Below, in pieces: positions 12,148 through 24,138 of a DNA stretch of 64,000 bases. Where the stretch lies: NCBI GenBank assembly GCA_964016885.1, contig OZ024745.1, positions 93,186,001 through 93,250,000 on the forward strand, written 5' to 3'. The first letter of the stretch is position 1. Every line of letters begins with the position of its first letter. The DNA comes from Eledone cirrhosa (lineage: Eukaryota). The position numbers were made by a program, and so were the translations under genes. The notes below the pieces were generated by a model. That model had not been told where the DNA came from and did no database searches. It was given only the letters and a program-made list of their open reading frames with translations.

Positions 12148-13120
12148 ATCATCATCATCATCATTTTACGTCCGCTTTTCCCTGCTTGCAAGGGTGGGAC
12201 GGGTCTTATTCAGCACAGCATCTCTCCACTCGTCATGGTCCTTTGTCATCTCCACCGTGAGCTTCAATGATCTGAGGTCTGTTCTCACCACCTCCGCCCA
12301 TGTTTTTCGTGGTCTACCTCTACCACGTCTTCCTTCAACTGGCATTTCCTGGCACTTCTTCACCCATCGGTCATCCTCCATGCGCATCACATGTCCATAC
12401 CACCTCAGTCTCCTCTCCCGTACACTACATTCTATCCCTCTCAGACACAGTTTCTCTCTCAACACATTTATGCTGGGTTGTTCGCGCACATTTACACTGC
12501 ACATCCAATGGAGCATGCTTGCCTCATTTCTCTCCAGGCGTCGCATATCCTCTGCAGTTGCTGCCCATGTCTCACTACCATGCAGCATCGCGCTCCTCAC
12601 ACAGGCATCGTACAACCGGCCTTTTGTACGCAGGGAGAAACCCTTCTTCGTCAACAGAGGAGGCAGCTCCCTAAACTTCTTCCAACCCGTCCTTATTCTA
12701 GATACTATGGCCTCGGAATACCCTCCTCCCATGCTAATCTGATCACCTAGGTACCGGAAGCTATCCACCACTTCCATAGCGCCCTCCTGCATTTGAAAAA
12801 TGTGTCTATCAATGCAACTTCTACTGTCTAATTTCCCTGTACATCTACTGCATACATATTTCTCCCTACCTGTTAGTTTGCCTGCTATCCCGCTACATCT
12901 CTTGTGTACCCAAGATCTGCATTGTGTGCATTTTATAGAATTTATGCCAGTTCCTTTTCTGCATATCGAACATGGCCATTTCCGTGACGGAATCAGCGTT
13001 TTGTCCTCTTTTCTACTCATCAACACTTTTGTCTTAGCTAGGTTCACTCTCAGTCCTCTTGATTCCAACTGCTGTTTCCATAGCCAGAATTTATTCTCTA
13101 GCTCCTCTACTGATTCTGCT
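12148..13120 (-). mobile_element. 5'-truncated RTE-clade LINE (RT thumb, PHD-like Cys/His insert, C-terminal domain, (TGA)n tail)
   Basis: Open 300-aa ORF 12166-13068 contains GLRVNLAKTKVL, CSIC...CTQC...HKRC...[29 protein letters not shown] and GRPRKTW. Confidence 0.9.
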
Positions 13121-13547
13121 TTCTCTTTTTTCTGGGTTAGAAAATGTTTAAAACAAAATATTTTACTTTGTGTGAAGTGTTAAGGTATTAGTTAATTTAT
13201 TTATTAATTAACAATAGCATTTATTTATTTATTTATTTATTTATTTATATATTTAATAATTGTCTATTACCGGTTTCAGCATTTTATGCATTATCAAAGG
13301 GGGGAATTTGTATTGGTATAAAATGTAGGATAGAAGATAAGGTGATGTTGAACATGTTAATGAAATGGGAAAGAAAGAATAATATTATTAACAAACAAGG
13401 TATTTGAAGTAAAAAAAAAAGGGCTGATGTGGAACATAATAAGGTAACGGGAAAGAAAGAATCTGTTAGACACGCAGTGACTAACAACAGAATGTTTTAA
13501 GTCTGCGTGTCTGACATATATGCATAGCTTGTGAATAAAAAATTCAA

Positions 13548-13660
13548 GGGGTGTCGCTGGGCGTGGTGATCGCTGCCAAACATGTTTTGTAAATGTATCG
13601 TCTTATTGGCTAATTTCATTGTCTTATTGGCTAATCAACCAATGAGAGTAATTGTTGCTC
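13548..13660 (+). promoter_or_regulatory. TFG: Probable TFG promoter: GC box plus three CCAAT boxes in a locally CpG-rich island
   Basis: GGGCGTGG at 13559-13566; ATTGG at 13605 and 13626 within a duplicated GTCTTATTGGCTAAT; CCAAT at 13639. CpG density is clearly above the flanks. Confidence 0.6.
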
Positions 13661-13761
13661 AAAAGCATCCGCTATTTTGTTTGCACGTTTATTTATCGTT
13701 TCGCTTTTGAATCTTCCTCCTGTATTTCGTCGTTTATCATCAAAATATTTTTCTCGTTTTG
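13660..13761 (+). other. TFG: Probable non-coding first exon of TFG (start approximate)
   Basis: Follows the CCAAT cluster and ends at a consensus donor G|GTAAGT (13761/13762). The first coding exon starts with an acceptor 6 nt before the ATG, so an upstream exon is required. Confidence 0.55.
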
Positions 13762-14190
13762 GTAAGTTATATTGTTAATTTATATATGATTTTTAAAATT
13801 TATATTAACTATTTTTTTTTCAGTTCGTTATAACATGCTTATAATATTGGTTGTATCATATTTACTTGTATATTTGTCCATATTATTGTTTGTTTTATGT
13901 TAGATTATTTTATTATTATTATGTGAGACTATTTGTATGTAATATTTAATTTTTATTAATTCAACTATAACAATTATTATGTAAAATATATTTATTTAAT
14001 ATTGATTGTTTTTTGTAGTTGTTTAAATTAAAAGTCTGAAAATATTTTTATACATCTTACAATAATATTTATAAGATCATTTATAAAATAACAATTATAT
14101 AAACTAATTACATTACAACGATAATTTATTATTAATATATATCATGTTTAACTAGAGTTATTACAAGCGTTGCCTTAAAAAAAATATTAA

Positions 14191-14635
14191 ACTAGACCTG
14201 AAAAATGCGCAAGCTCAAAAGAGCCACAGAATGTTATAATAAACCTTCAAAAGTGTGGGACTAGAGTTGTTGCTCAAAAATATTGTAATCATTATCTATT
14301 GTACACTCTGTGGCATCCTTTTATAAAAAAGAGACTCATAACGAACTCAAGACGACACGATAATTATTTAAGTGAATTTATAATATAGAATTCGGTTTAA
14401 GTGCATTTCGTATTAATCATTACTAAACATCTAATATGAGATATTGAACATTAGCTTAAATAATTATCGTGTCGTCTTGAGTTTGTTATGAGTCTCTTTT
14501 CATAAAAGGATGCCACAGAGTGTATGATAGATAATGATTACAATATTTTTGAGCAACAACTCTAGTCCCACACTTTTGAAGGTTTATTATAACATTCTGT
14601 GGCTCTTTTGAGCTTGCACATTTTTCAGGTCTAGT
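14191..14635. repeat. Long palindrome/foldback with arms of about 181 bp (14191-14372 and 14455-14635) and an 82-bp spacer
   Basis: The arms are reverse complements with only a handful of differences. No convincing TSD. Confidence 0.9.
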
Positions 14636-16699
14636 AATATTATTTACAGGCATAGTTCTTGAGGATAAGCAGTTCAAAAAGTGTTATTTTGGCAGGAGCG
14701 CTTAGAGAAGTTGATCCATGATGGAGGCATATATATATATATCATCATCATCATCTTCGTTTAACGTCTATCTTCCACGCTAGCATGGGTTAGACGGGAG
14801 TTGTCCCACTTGAGGCAAGGTTGGTCGGGTGACCATGTCTCGCTCATATAGGACTATCTGGCAGATTTTCTACAGCTGGATGCCCTTCCTAACACCAATC
14901 ACATTTACAGTGTGGAACTGGGAACTTTTTACCGTGTTACCTACACGGCCACATTACAGCGTGGACTGTGTGTTTTTGGTCGTGACACCTACACAATCTC
15001 GATCTCATTTTCTCATATATATATATATATACTTATATATATATACTTATATATATATATATACACACATTTGCTGTGTGTGTATGATAAAAAGCATCCG
15101 GCTGTCAAAAATAGTCTTAAAACATCCTGTCCAACCTATCTGGCATGGAAAACTGAATGTAAAAATGATGATGATGACAAGGATGATGATGATGATGATA
15201 TATATGTCTGTGTGTCTGTATATACATATGAATTTTCAAATGAGAAGTAAAATGAAAAACATGTATCAGTGTTTATTCCTCATTTAAAACTGAAGTTTTT
15301 CTCTCTGGCTATTCTAAGTTTCTCATTTATATTCACTGATCTCACCTATTAAGATTCAAAAGTTTTTTTTTAGATATTCTTTTAGATATTTTCCTCATTC
15401 ACCATTCATTATTTGATTTAGTATGATGTAACATGCAATTTATTATAACATCTGTCGCAGAATGCTAGACAGTATGTCGGATTATATTCTATTAGTGGTG
15501 GGATTGAGCAGTTTAAATTTGGTCTCTATAACAGCTTGATAAGGATTACTGTTATAATTATTGCCAATGTGAAGACAAAAGACACATTCTGAGAGTAAAT
15601 ACTCAGGATAGACAATAAGCATTTATAATGTAAATTGTTAACAAAAGGTCTTATCACTATGAGACAATATATAAAAAATATTTTCACAACAAAACATTTA
15701 ATTTTAAACACACACACACACACACATACTCACACACACACACACCACATATATATGTGTGCGTGCGGGTTCCTGTAGAAGTCATTTCTATAGAAAATAT
15801 GATATATATATATAGGAAGGTCAACCAGCCTTATATATATATATCATCATCATTATCACCATTTTACATCCGTTCTTCCACGCTAGCATGGGTTAGACGG
15901 GTTGTCCTGTTGTGGGTAGTGTCCAGTTGGCTGACTTTGTCTTGCTCATACGGGAACTGAGTCTGGCTTGATTTCTACAGCTGGATGCCCTTCCTAACAC
16001 CAACCTCATTTACAGTGAATTCTGGGTGCTTTTTTTCCGTGGTGCCTACACATCCACTATACAGTGGGAGGGGGATGGGGGCATATTGTCTATATGCTTC
16101 AGCTTTGGCTTGTATCCATGGGAAGTCGGGTCTTCTGTATTACATCATCACGTATATCTTCTTGGGACGACCAGCGTTTCTTGCTCCATGAAAGGCATCA
16201 AGAAGGGCATCTAGCCGTATATATATATATAGAGAGAGATTTTTTATTATGTAATAAACAACACAATATAATTATTTCATTACTGTTAGAATTGTCTAAC
16301 TTTGTGAAACCTTGGGTAATGGAATAATTATATTGCGTTGTTTATTACATAATTAAATAGCTCTGTACTATGCAGAGAGCACTCTTCTTTCTTTTACCTT
16401 TTCCATGGAAATACTTAACATATATATATATATAGAGCGAGATAGGAAGGGCATCCAGCCATAGAAAACCAGCCAAAAAATCTCCTCTATGAGCGAGACA
16501 TGGTCACCTGACCTAACTTGCCTCTAAATGAGACAAACTTGCCTAACCCATCCTAGCATAGAAGATAGACATTAAATGATGATGATAAGCAAAGTGGCTA
16601 ATATTGGGACGCATACATTTCAAATATATATGTATGTAATTGTGTGTGTGTATGTATATACATTACAACTTCCTTAGTGTTGGGAATCTACACAATAAA

Positions 16700-17900
16700 C
16701 ACATCCAGTACTCTGTGTGCAGTGGACACCTACCAAGAGATTGTTCACCATAGTGTAACTGCTTCAGAAGCATGAAATCATCAAGACAGATGACATCAGC
16801 AACCCAGTGTATGTGATACCTGATGAGACAAATCCCAAGTTTGCCTTTTTCAAAACTTCTGTGTCAAATATAAACATTTTCCAAGTGATGTTCAAAATAT
16901 ACCCCAGACACTTCCGGTGGAATCTTTTGAGGATCTAGATGTGTCATTATTATAACATCTATGTCTCAGATGAAGTACAGCAATGATGTGATGATACATG
17001 CATTTAGATCAGGGGTGTGCAACATTGGCGGGCCATCGGCGGGCCACTTTTGAACATTGGAACAACTATTAGGGCCATTAATATTTATTAAGCACTATTC
17101 CAAAGATTCACCACAACTTCTTTCCATAACATGGAACTGGGAAATTATAACACACATAACTCTATCAGTGAAGCCCTTTAGTATAGGTCAACTAACAGAA
17201 AATTGTATTACGTTACAAAAAAAATTCTAAATAAGCCTACAAGGTAAAAATTAAAAACAACCATCATGGTCCACTCTGACTGGTCAGGCGGGCCAGATTG
17301 TGGCCCGCAGGTCGCCTGTTGTACGCCCCTGATTTAGATTGCAGGGATTAGTGGAAAGTCTTTAATCCTTGTTTGACCAAACTCATTTTTCAAATGCTCC
17401 AAATATAATAAAGGACTTATCAATTCTGAAGTTGATCTTGGAGCCTATGGATCCATCTTTGGAGACAGAACTGTCAACATACACAAATAAGTCAACAACA
17501 GCAAACCTGGTCCCTTGAGTAAATATATCTGGTTCCACGTTGAAGTTTGATAATTCAGTCACCCACTTTGGATAGTAGCTTGTTCAACTTATCAGTCAAG
17601 TTCATCTTCATTGCGAAACCAACACCGCCTTCATATTTTTCACCTGCCAGCCTGCTAACTCAAAGGAAAATATAGCCACATCTAATTTCAATTAACTGAC
17701 CTTCTTGAGACAGATGTATCTCTGAGAGGACAGCAATAATATTGATATAGCATTCAAACCTACTAGAATTATCATCCAGTAAGATTTTCATATTCCAACA
17801 ATGCATCTCTAGATGTACTCTTTTTGTTTGTTTCATATCCATCTGTTATTGAATACCTGCAGTACCTTGGTAATATCACCAAACTATATTTTAATCAACC
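16700..17900 (-). mobile_element. Old, decayed RTE/BovB-like LINE fragment (endonuclease region)
   Basis: Minus-strand translation IIAVLSEIHLSQEGQLIEIRCGYIFL*VSRLAGEKYEGGVGFAMK matches the BovB-type EN pattern. It is interrupted by a hAT MITE. Confidence 0.7.
17010..17331. mobile_element. hAT (Charlie-like) MITE, 322 bp
   Basis: TIRs CAGGGGTGTGCAACA and TGTTGTACGCCCCTG. Exact 8-bp TSD ATTTAGAT at 17002-17009 and 17332-17339. Subterminal GCGGGCCA repeats. Confidence 0.9.
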
Positions 17901-18102
17901 TCTGAAAGTGTATCCAACAGATGTTTTATTTTGTCAACATAACCGTCATCATAATATTACAAATAAAAAGGAAAAAAAATAGGAAAAGGAAAAGAAAAAA
18001 AAAACAAACAAGCAGGTAATACACACATCTAAGGCCAAATATAACAAAATGCAGGCGAAAGGGGTGGACAAACAAACCACTGCCAGAACAAAAGATAACA
18101 AT

Positions 18103-18765
18103 GGCATAGGTTAAGAATAACGTCCTCGAAACTGAAAGTAGGTTTTCTGACACGTGAATGTGTTTTTTTTTTTTTTTACATTGAAATTTACGATACACTC
18201 TTTGTTTATTTACAACAGGTCTCTATAGTGATATGGTGTTAGTTAGTATTGCGTGTGTGATTATTTTCTCTTATATATATGTGTGTGGGTGTGTATATGT
18301 GTGTATATATATGTGTGTCTGTATGTATATATATATGTGTGTTTGTATATATATATGTGTTTATGTCATCATCATCGTTTAGATGTTTTTGTAATATCTT
18401 GCCAAAGTTGGCACCAACTATAAACAAATTAAGTCCGGGTCATAAGAAGGACAGAGAATGATAAGGGATTTGGGTAAAAACATCTAAACGATGATGATGA
18501 CACAAACACATATATATATACAAACACACATATATATATACATACAGACACACATATATATACACACATATACACACCCACACATATATATATATAAGAG
18601 AAAATAATCACACACGCAATACTAATTAACACCATATCACTATAGAGACCTGTTGTAAATAAACAAATAGTGTATCGTAAATTTCAATGTAAAAAAAAAA
18701 ACAAACACATTCACTTGTCAGAAAACCTACTTTCAGTTTCGAGGGCGTTATTCTTAACCTATGCC
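18103..18765. mobile_element. Mutator-like (MULE/Foldback) non-autonomous element with TIRs of about 290 bp
   Basis: Arms 18103-18390 and 18476-18765 start GGCATAGGTTAAG. Exact 9-bp TSD GATAACAAT at 18094-18102 and 18766-18774. Confidence 0.88.
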
Positions 18766-18789
18766 GATAACAATATCATGAGGAGCACT

Positions 18790-18890
18790 GGAAAACCTCT
18801 CTAATAATTTTTGAGGCAAGCTAGCATTACCTCAGGTGATGGCGAGGCTGATGCGCTGGAACAGCCAAGTGCTTTCACAAGCATCACCAG
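18790..18890 (-). mobile_element. Tiny 3' fragment of a CRE-like (restriction-like endonuclease) non-LTR element
   Basis: Minus strand encodes GDACESTWLFQRISLAIT*GNAS, resembling the QRISxAIQRGNA C-terminal motif. Confidence 0.55.
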
Positions 18891-19513
18891 TTTATATTTT
18901 TACAATTGTTGCTCCCACTGAAGTGAACAACTGTCAGTTGTAGTAAACAAACCAGCTTTTGAAGCTGGCAGTGTTTGGCATAGATTTTCTAGTCCTTTCT
19001 CAGTAATTTGAGGGTGCAGTAATCTTCTTAAATAAAGCTGCTTAAACACAGGGTATTTTATCCAATTCTTCTCTCTGCCAAGACCAAAGAAGATGATGTT
19101 AAGATAAATCCCATCCACCTAATGTGCAGATTTGTAGCTGAATGTTTCTAACTTGTCAAGTCTGCATACATCATAACACACATATCAACAAAGAATTAGA
19201 AGAACAAGCAAGGATACTACTAGATTATTTAGTTTGTTGGGTTATTAGCATCATAACATATTGTGATGGTTACAAGAGGCATAATGTACTGTGGCATTTG
19301 AAAGTATCTGTATGTTGAGAAGATTATAGTGATAAGCACTTGTACAACATGAGTACCACTTTCTAAGTATTAGCTACCATAGCCCATTAACAAGAAAACA
19401 CCAAGATGACTAGTGGAGACATTAACCAAAGCAGCCTAAAATTCAAAGATGTCCATGATACAAATTTGTACACAATAATTTCATTATTATTATTATTATG
19501 ATAAATATTAAAT

Positions 19514-19742
19514 TTAACCCTTTAGCATTTAAACCGGCTGTGTCCAGACAGAATTCTCTCACCTCTTTCTGTTCAAACCAGCCATAACCGGTTGCTCACA
19601 CTTATGTTAAGGCATTGTTCTCAAAATGAATAATATTGAAATCTCATAGATTCGATATTATGTGAGATAATTATGTTAAATAAAGTGTTTACCATGAAAA
19701 TACAATAGTAAATATAGAGTAATGTAAATGCTAAAGGGTTAA
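19514..19742. mobile_element. piggyBac-type MITE family A
   Basis: TTAA|CCCTTTAGCATTTA...TAAATGCTAAAGGG|TTAA. Confidence 0.9.
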
Positions 19743-19911
19743 ATAATATTTACTATCATTATCATCATCATCATCATCATCATCGTTTAACGTCCATCTT
19801 TCATGCTAGCAATATTTACTATATGAAATATAAATGTAGAAAATCATAATCCCATTAGCTTCCTTTTTCTAGCTTCTGTTTCTTTCCTTGCTCACATATG
19901 TAAATAAATAT

Positions 19912-19961
<50 letters not shown>

Positions 19962-20044
19962 TGTAATTTGTTGTTTGCAATCAGTTTGACTGGTTCAGCC
20001 ACTTTATGTCTATTAACTGCAACCCTATTCGTTAGAATCTACTC

Positions 20045-20372
20045 ATCATCATCATCATCATCATCATCATTTTACGTCCGCTTTTCCTTGCATCTCTCCA
20101 CTTGTCACGGTCCTTCATCTCCTCCGTGAGCTTCAGCGATCTGAAGTCCACTCTCACCACCTCCGCCATGTTTTCGTGGTCTTCCTCTACTGCGTCTTCC
20201 TTCTACTGGGATTTCTTAGCACTTCTTTACCCAGCGGTCATCCTCCATGTGCATCACATGTCCTTACCATCGTAGTCTTCTCTCCCGCACACCACAACGT
20301 ATCCCTCTTATGTGCAGTTTCTCTCTCAACTCACCTATGCTTGGTCGTTCACGCACATTGACATTGCACATA
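20045..20372 (-). mobile_element. RTE LINE 3' fragment (same family as 12148-13120)
   Basis: (CAT)n tail and clear similarity to 12150-12500. Confidence 0.8.
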
Positions 20373-21451
20373 CTCTGTATGAAAATTAATTGAGCATTCA
20401 GGTTGCTTTTAAAAAAAAAAATTTTTTTTACCCCCTTTTCTAAATAATGGTTTCTGATTTAGGCATGAGGCAAACCATTTTTGGGGAGGGGAAAATTTAT
20501 TAAATTGATCCCAGTGCGTTACTGGTACTTTATTTTATTGACCCTGTAAGGATGAACGGCAAAGCTAACCTCTGTGGAATTTGAACTCAGAACATAAAGA
20601 GCCATAACTATATGCCTTAAAGCATGGTGTCCTACACTCTAGTGATACTGCCAACCCACCCTCCCTTTTCTAAATGATAAAAGCAATTCTTTTTAGCTTA
20701 ATTGCAAACTCTGGCTTTTGCCACACAAAACCATGTCTCTTTGAGATTTGCATGTCCACAGTAAAAATTAATCTCTTGCAATAAAAGATCTTCATTATAA
20801 CTCAACGAATTCAAGCAGTACTGCTTTTCATTCCCATCAGAGATTCACAAATTGTTCCTTGTTTACAAACCAAGTCTATAACAGTTTTAGTGTTTCATTC
20901 TTGCTTTATCATTACCAACAAACATGCTCTTTCACACTTCAATACACATTAAAAATTCTTCTATCTTGTTAAATATATCAACAATTTTCCATGAAGCAAA
21001 CAAAACATTTTCCTCTCATTGAAATACCAAATATCGAAGAATTTTATTACTTTTGACATTTTAAATGGCTGACAATTTCTCTGGCTATCGAAATACTGAA
21101 AACTGGACAATTTCTTTTTTTTCCACACTTGAAAATGTGTATAAATTCCACCCCCAACCCTTACTTGTTTTCTTACTGTATCAAAATTAACTGTTCTGAT
21201 TGTTCTAAATGCCAACTTTGCATCTGTATATTCATATTTTTTCTGTTCTGTGGTCTTCTTGTCTTATCAGTGTAATTAAACCATGTTGATTTTGGAACTA
21301 ACCTTCATCATGTCTATCTTCCTTATTTTCATATTATATATTTATTTATTCAATTTAAACATCCGTACAGAGCTAGTAAGCCACGACAGACTAGGGGAAG
21401 TATCGAGTACTCCTTACAGTTGGTAATCAAAAAGAGCTAGTGAGACAAGTA

Positions 21452-21632
21452 ATAATTGTTTCTACGTTTGGCACAAGGCCAGCAATTTCTCTAGCGTATT
21501 ACTGGTGCTTTATTTTATCGACCCCGTAGGGATGAAAGGCAAAGTTAACCTGGTGGGATTTGAACTCAGAACGTAAAGGGCCATAACTCCATGCCGCAAA
21601 GCATGGTGTCTGATGCTTTACCAATACTGCCA
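21452..21632 (-). mobile_element. tRNA-derived SINE with a Meta-like core; other copies at about 20445-20660(-), 22680-22880(+), 25918-26090(+), 28465-28920(+, tandem), 30685-30888(-), 37160-37375(+), 40565-40760(-), 63040-63140(-) and 63768-63960(+)
   Basis: A-box TGGCAGTATCGG, B-box GAGTTCAAATCC, core GCCTTTCATCCTTACGGGGTCGATAAAATAAAGTACCAG, and an (ATT)n tail. Confidence 0.8.
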
Positions 21633-21799
21633 AAGTAATAATAATAATAATAATAATAATAAATTAAAAAAAGGGAAAAAAACAGTATAAAAATAAAATA
21701 AAAATTTCAAATATTGAAGGTCAATGGGAGGCAGATTATGCATAAGAAAACAAAAAAGAAAAGGAAAATAGGAAAGAAGGGAAGCTGTAAAACAAAAGT

Positions 21800-22460
21800 T
21801 TCTGTTGTTGAATCTTTTTGTAGCTTCCATGTGCTCAAAGATTTTGTTTATATTTAATAGACCTTTAATCATATATTGAACCTCCAATATTGGTAGTTTT
21901 TTAACCCTTTAGCGTTTACATTATTCTATATATATGATAGTATTTTCACGGTAAAGGCTTTATCTCATATAATTATCTTACTTGATATCGAATCTATGAG
22001 ATTTTGATATTATTTATTTTGAGAACAATATCTTAACATCAGTATGAATGGCTAGTTACAGCCAGTTTGAACAGAAAGAGGTGAAAGAATTTTGGCCAGT
22101 TATGGCTGGTTTAAATGCTATAAAGGGTTAAAGATCGGTTTCAATATGTCCTCTCTCTCAGACTGATAGTTTCTACATTGGAACAAGTAGTGGCAAAGAG
22201 TTTCTGGAAAGTCACCACAAGAACATAGAGGTGAATCTCTATGACCAGTTCTTGATAGAATGTAGTTCAACAGTATTAATTTCTAACACCCTGTGATGAT
22301 CTAGCAGAAAATATTTAGAAACAGATTTGTTTATTGAAATGTTTATAGTATCTCTATTGGTTGTCAGATTGTTGTGAACATTTGTAGCAAAATTAAAGTC
22401 TTGAATTTTTAATGTGATACAGTCTTAGCATTGTTTTGTATTGTTCAAGAATTTCTTGCA
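21800..22460 (-). mobile_element. 3' end of an old LINE with a CCHC zinc knuckle (I-group or Crack/Daphne-like); related copy at about 37680-37880
   Basis: Minus strand LSRTGHRDSPLCSCGDFPETLCHYLFQCRNYQSER, then ...KIFEHMEATKRFN. It is split by the MITE at 21901. Confidence 0.7.
21901..22131. mobile_element. piggyBac-type MITE family A
   Basis: TTAA|CCCTTTAG...AAAGGG|TTAA. Confidence 0.88.
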
Positions 22461-23047
22461 AATACAGCTTGATGTGGTAAACTGGGAGGGTTATGTATTA
22501 AGTCTATCCTCCCAAAACTGGAATGGTCCCTTAAATAGGCTTCTGCATAGTTTCTGAATAAAATTTTGACCTGGGACTGTATTAGAAATCTCTTGTTCAA
22601 GGTGCTGTGCAGTTCAACCATCCTTCTCTAGGTTATACCCAGAGTCTGGAATACTTTACTCAATATTACAACCTAAGAGGGTGGTGGATTGGCAGAATCA
22701 TTCGAAAAACGGACAAATGATTAGTAGCATTTGTTTGGGTTATTGACATTCTGAGTTCAAATTCCACCAAAGTCAACTTTGTTTTTCATTCTTCCAAGGT
22801 CGATAAAATAAAGTAGCAGTCAAGTACTGGGGTCAATATAAAATTGCTGACTTTGTGCTAATGTTAGAAACCTTTATTGTAACCTAACAAAACATTTGCC
22901 AATTTTACAGTGTAGCCACTGTTTAGTATGAGGTGTTGGACTGGAATCTTTCAGAGCTGAATAAGTTGGCTACTTTACCTAACACACTATATGTGATAGT
23001 ATATCACCTGTTGACACTTCTTATGATTGTCTGTCAGTCTGAGTCAA

Positions 23048-23262
23048 TTAACCCTTTAGCATTTAAACCTATTGTATCCGGCCAGAATTTCTGTTCAAAC
23101 TGGCTATAACCAGCCGCCTATACTGATGTTTATGTATTGTTCTCAAAATAAATAATATCAACATCTCAGATTCGATATTATATGAGATAAATATGTGAGG
23201 TAAAGCTTTTACTGTGAAAATACAATAGTAAATATAGAGTAATGTAAATGCTAAAGGGTTAA
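23048..23262. mobile_element. piggyBac-type MITE family A
   Basis: TTAA|CCCTTTAGC...GCTAAAGGG|TTAA. Confidence 0.9.
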
Positions 23263-24107
23263 ACCATCTATATTCTTTTCACAGTACACAATCTCTAAAG
23301 ATATGATGTTAAGCTAATTGTCTATTGTCATATAAGATGACCATTATCTTATTTCAAGCATGAAATAAAACAATATGTTTTAAAAAGAACAAGTAAAGTT
23401 GATTTTAAACTGTTTGTTGTATTGTTTTTTTTCTTCAAATGTATCTTTTTAAGAAAAGATGTATTTTTAAACCTTGGTTCTTTTGACCTAAATTCAAGAA
23501 TTACTCAAATAACAGCTGGGTATCTTTTATTTCTTGAACAAAATTAGTTCATTCGTGGCAACATTCTGGACAAATAATTGCATTGTATTTTAGCAGGCCA
23601 TTATATAAAAGAGCTGTAATGTAATCTTCATTGATTCTTTTAGAAATCTCCCAGTAATATTTTGGCATACTTTTGCACAGCAAGACAAATATTTACGAAA
23701 TATGTATCATTTATTTTTGGAGTAATAGTCATTGATTAACTCTTACATACTAGGATAGCTTCCATTCTGTTTTAATATCATCCATTAACTTTTGGTATTT
23801 TTGTAGCTTTCAACGAATAAATCGAATATTGTGTTAATTGCTTTGCACTAGTTAATATAGTGAACAAAGATTGTCTCAATAATGATTTCTTATATAGACA
23901 CAACTCAGGCTTAAGAAGAAAAAAAAAAAAGAGAGAAGCTTATAATATTTGTATCATTCTCAATGGTAATGGCAAATTAGCTTAAATGGAGTAAACAGCT
24001 GACTGACTACCAAGAATTGAAACCAGGCGGTGCATTCATTCGTTGGTAGATTAACCCTATTCTTCGATAATCAATAAAAGGGCTTTAAGAAATTATATTT
24101 TTCGTGT

Positions 24108-24138
<31 letters not shown>

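Noticed and set aside
13559-13643. ER-stress element (ERSE/ERSE-II) in the TFG promoter
   Set aside because: CGTGG and ATTGG are both present but are separated by far more than 9 nt (ERSE) or 1 nt (ERSE-II).
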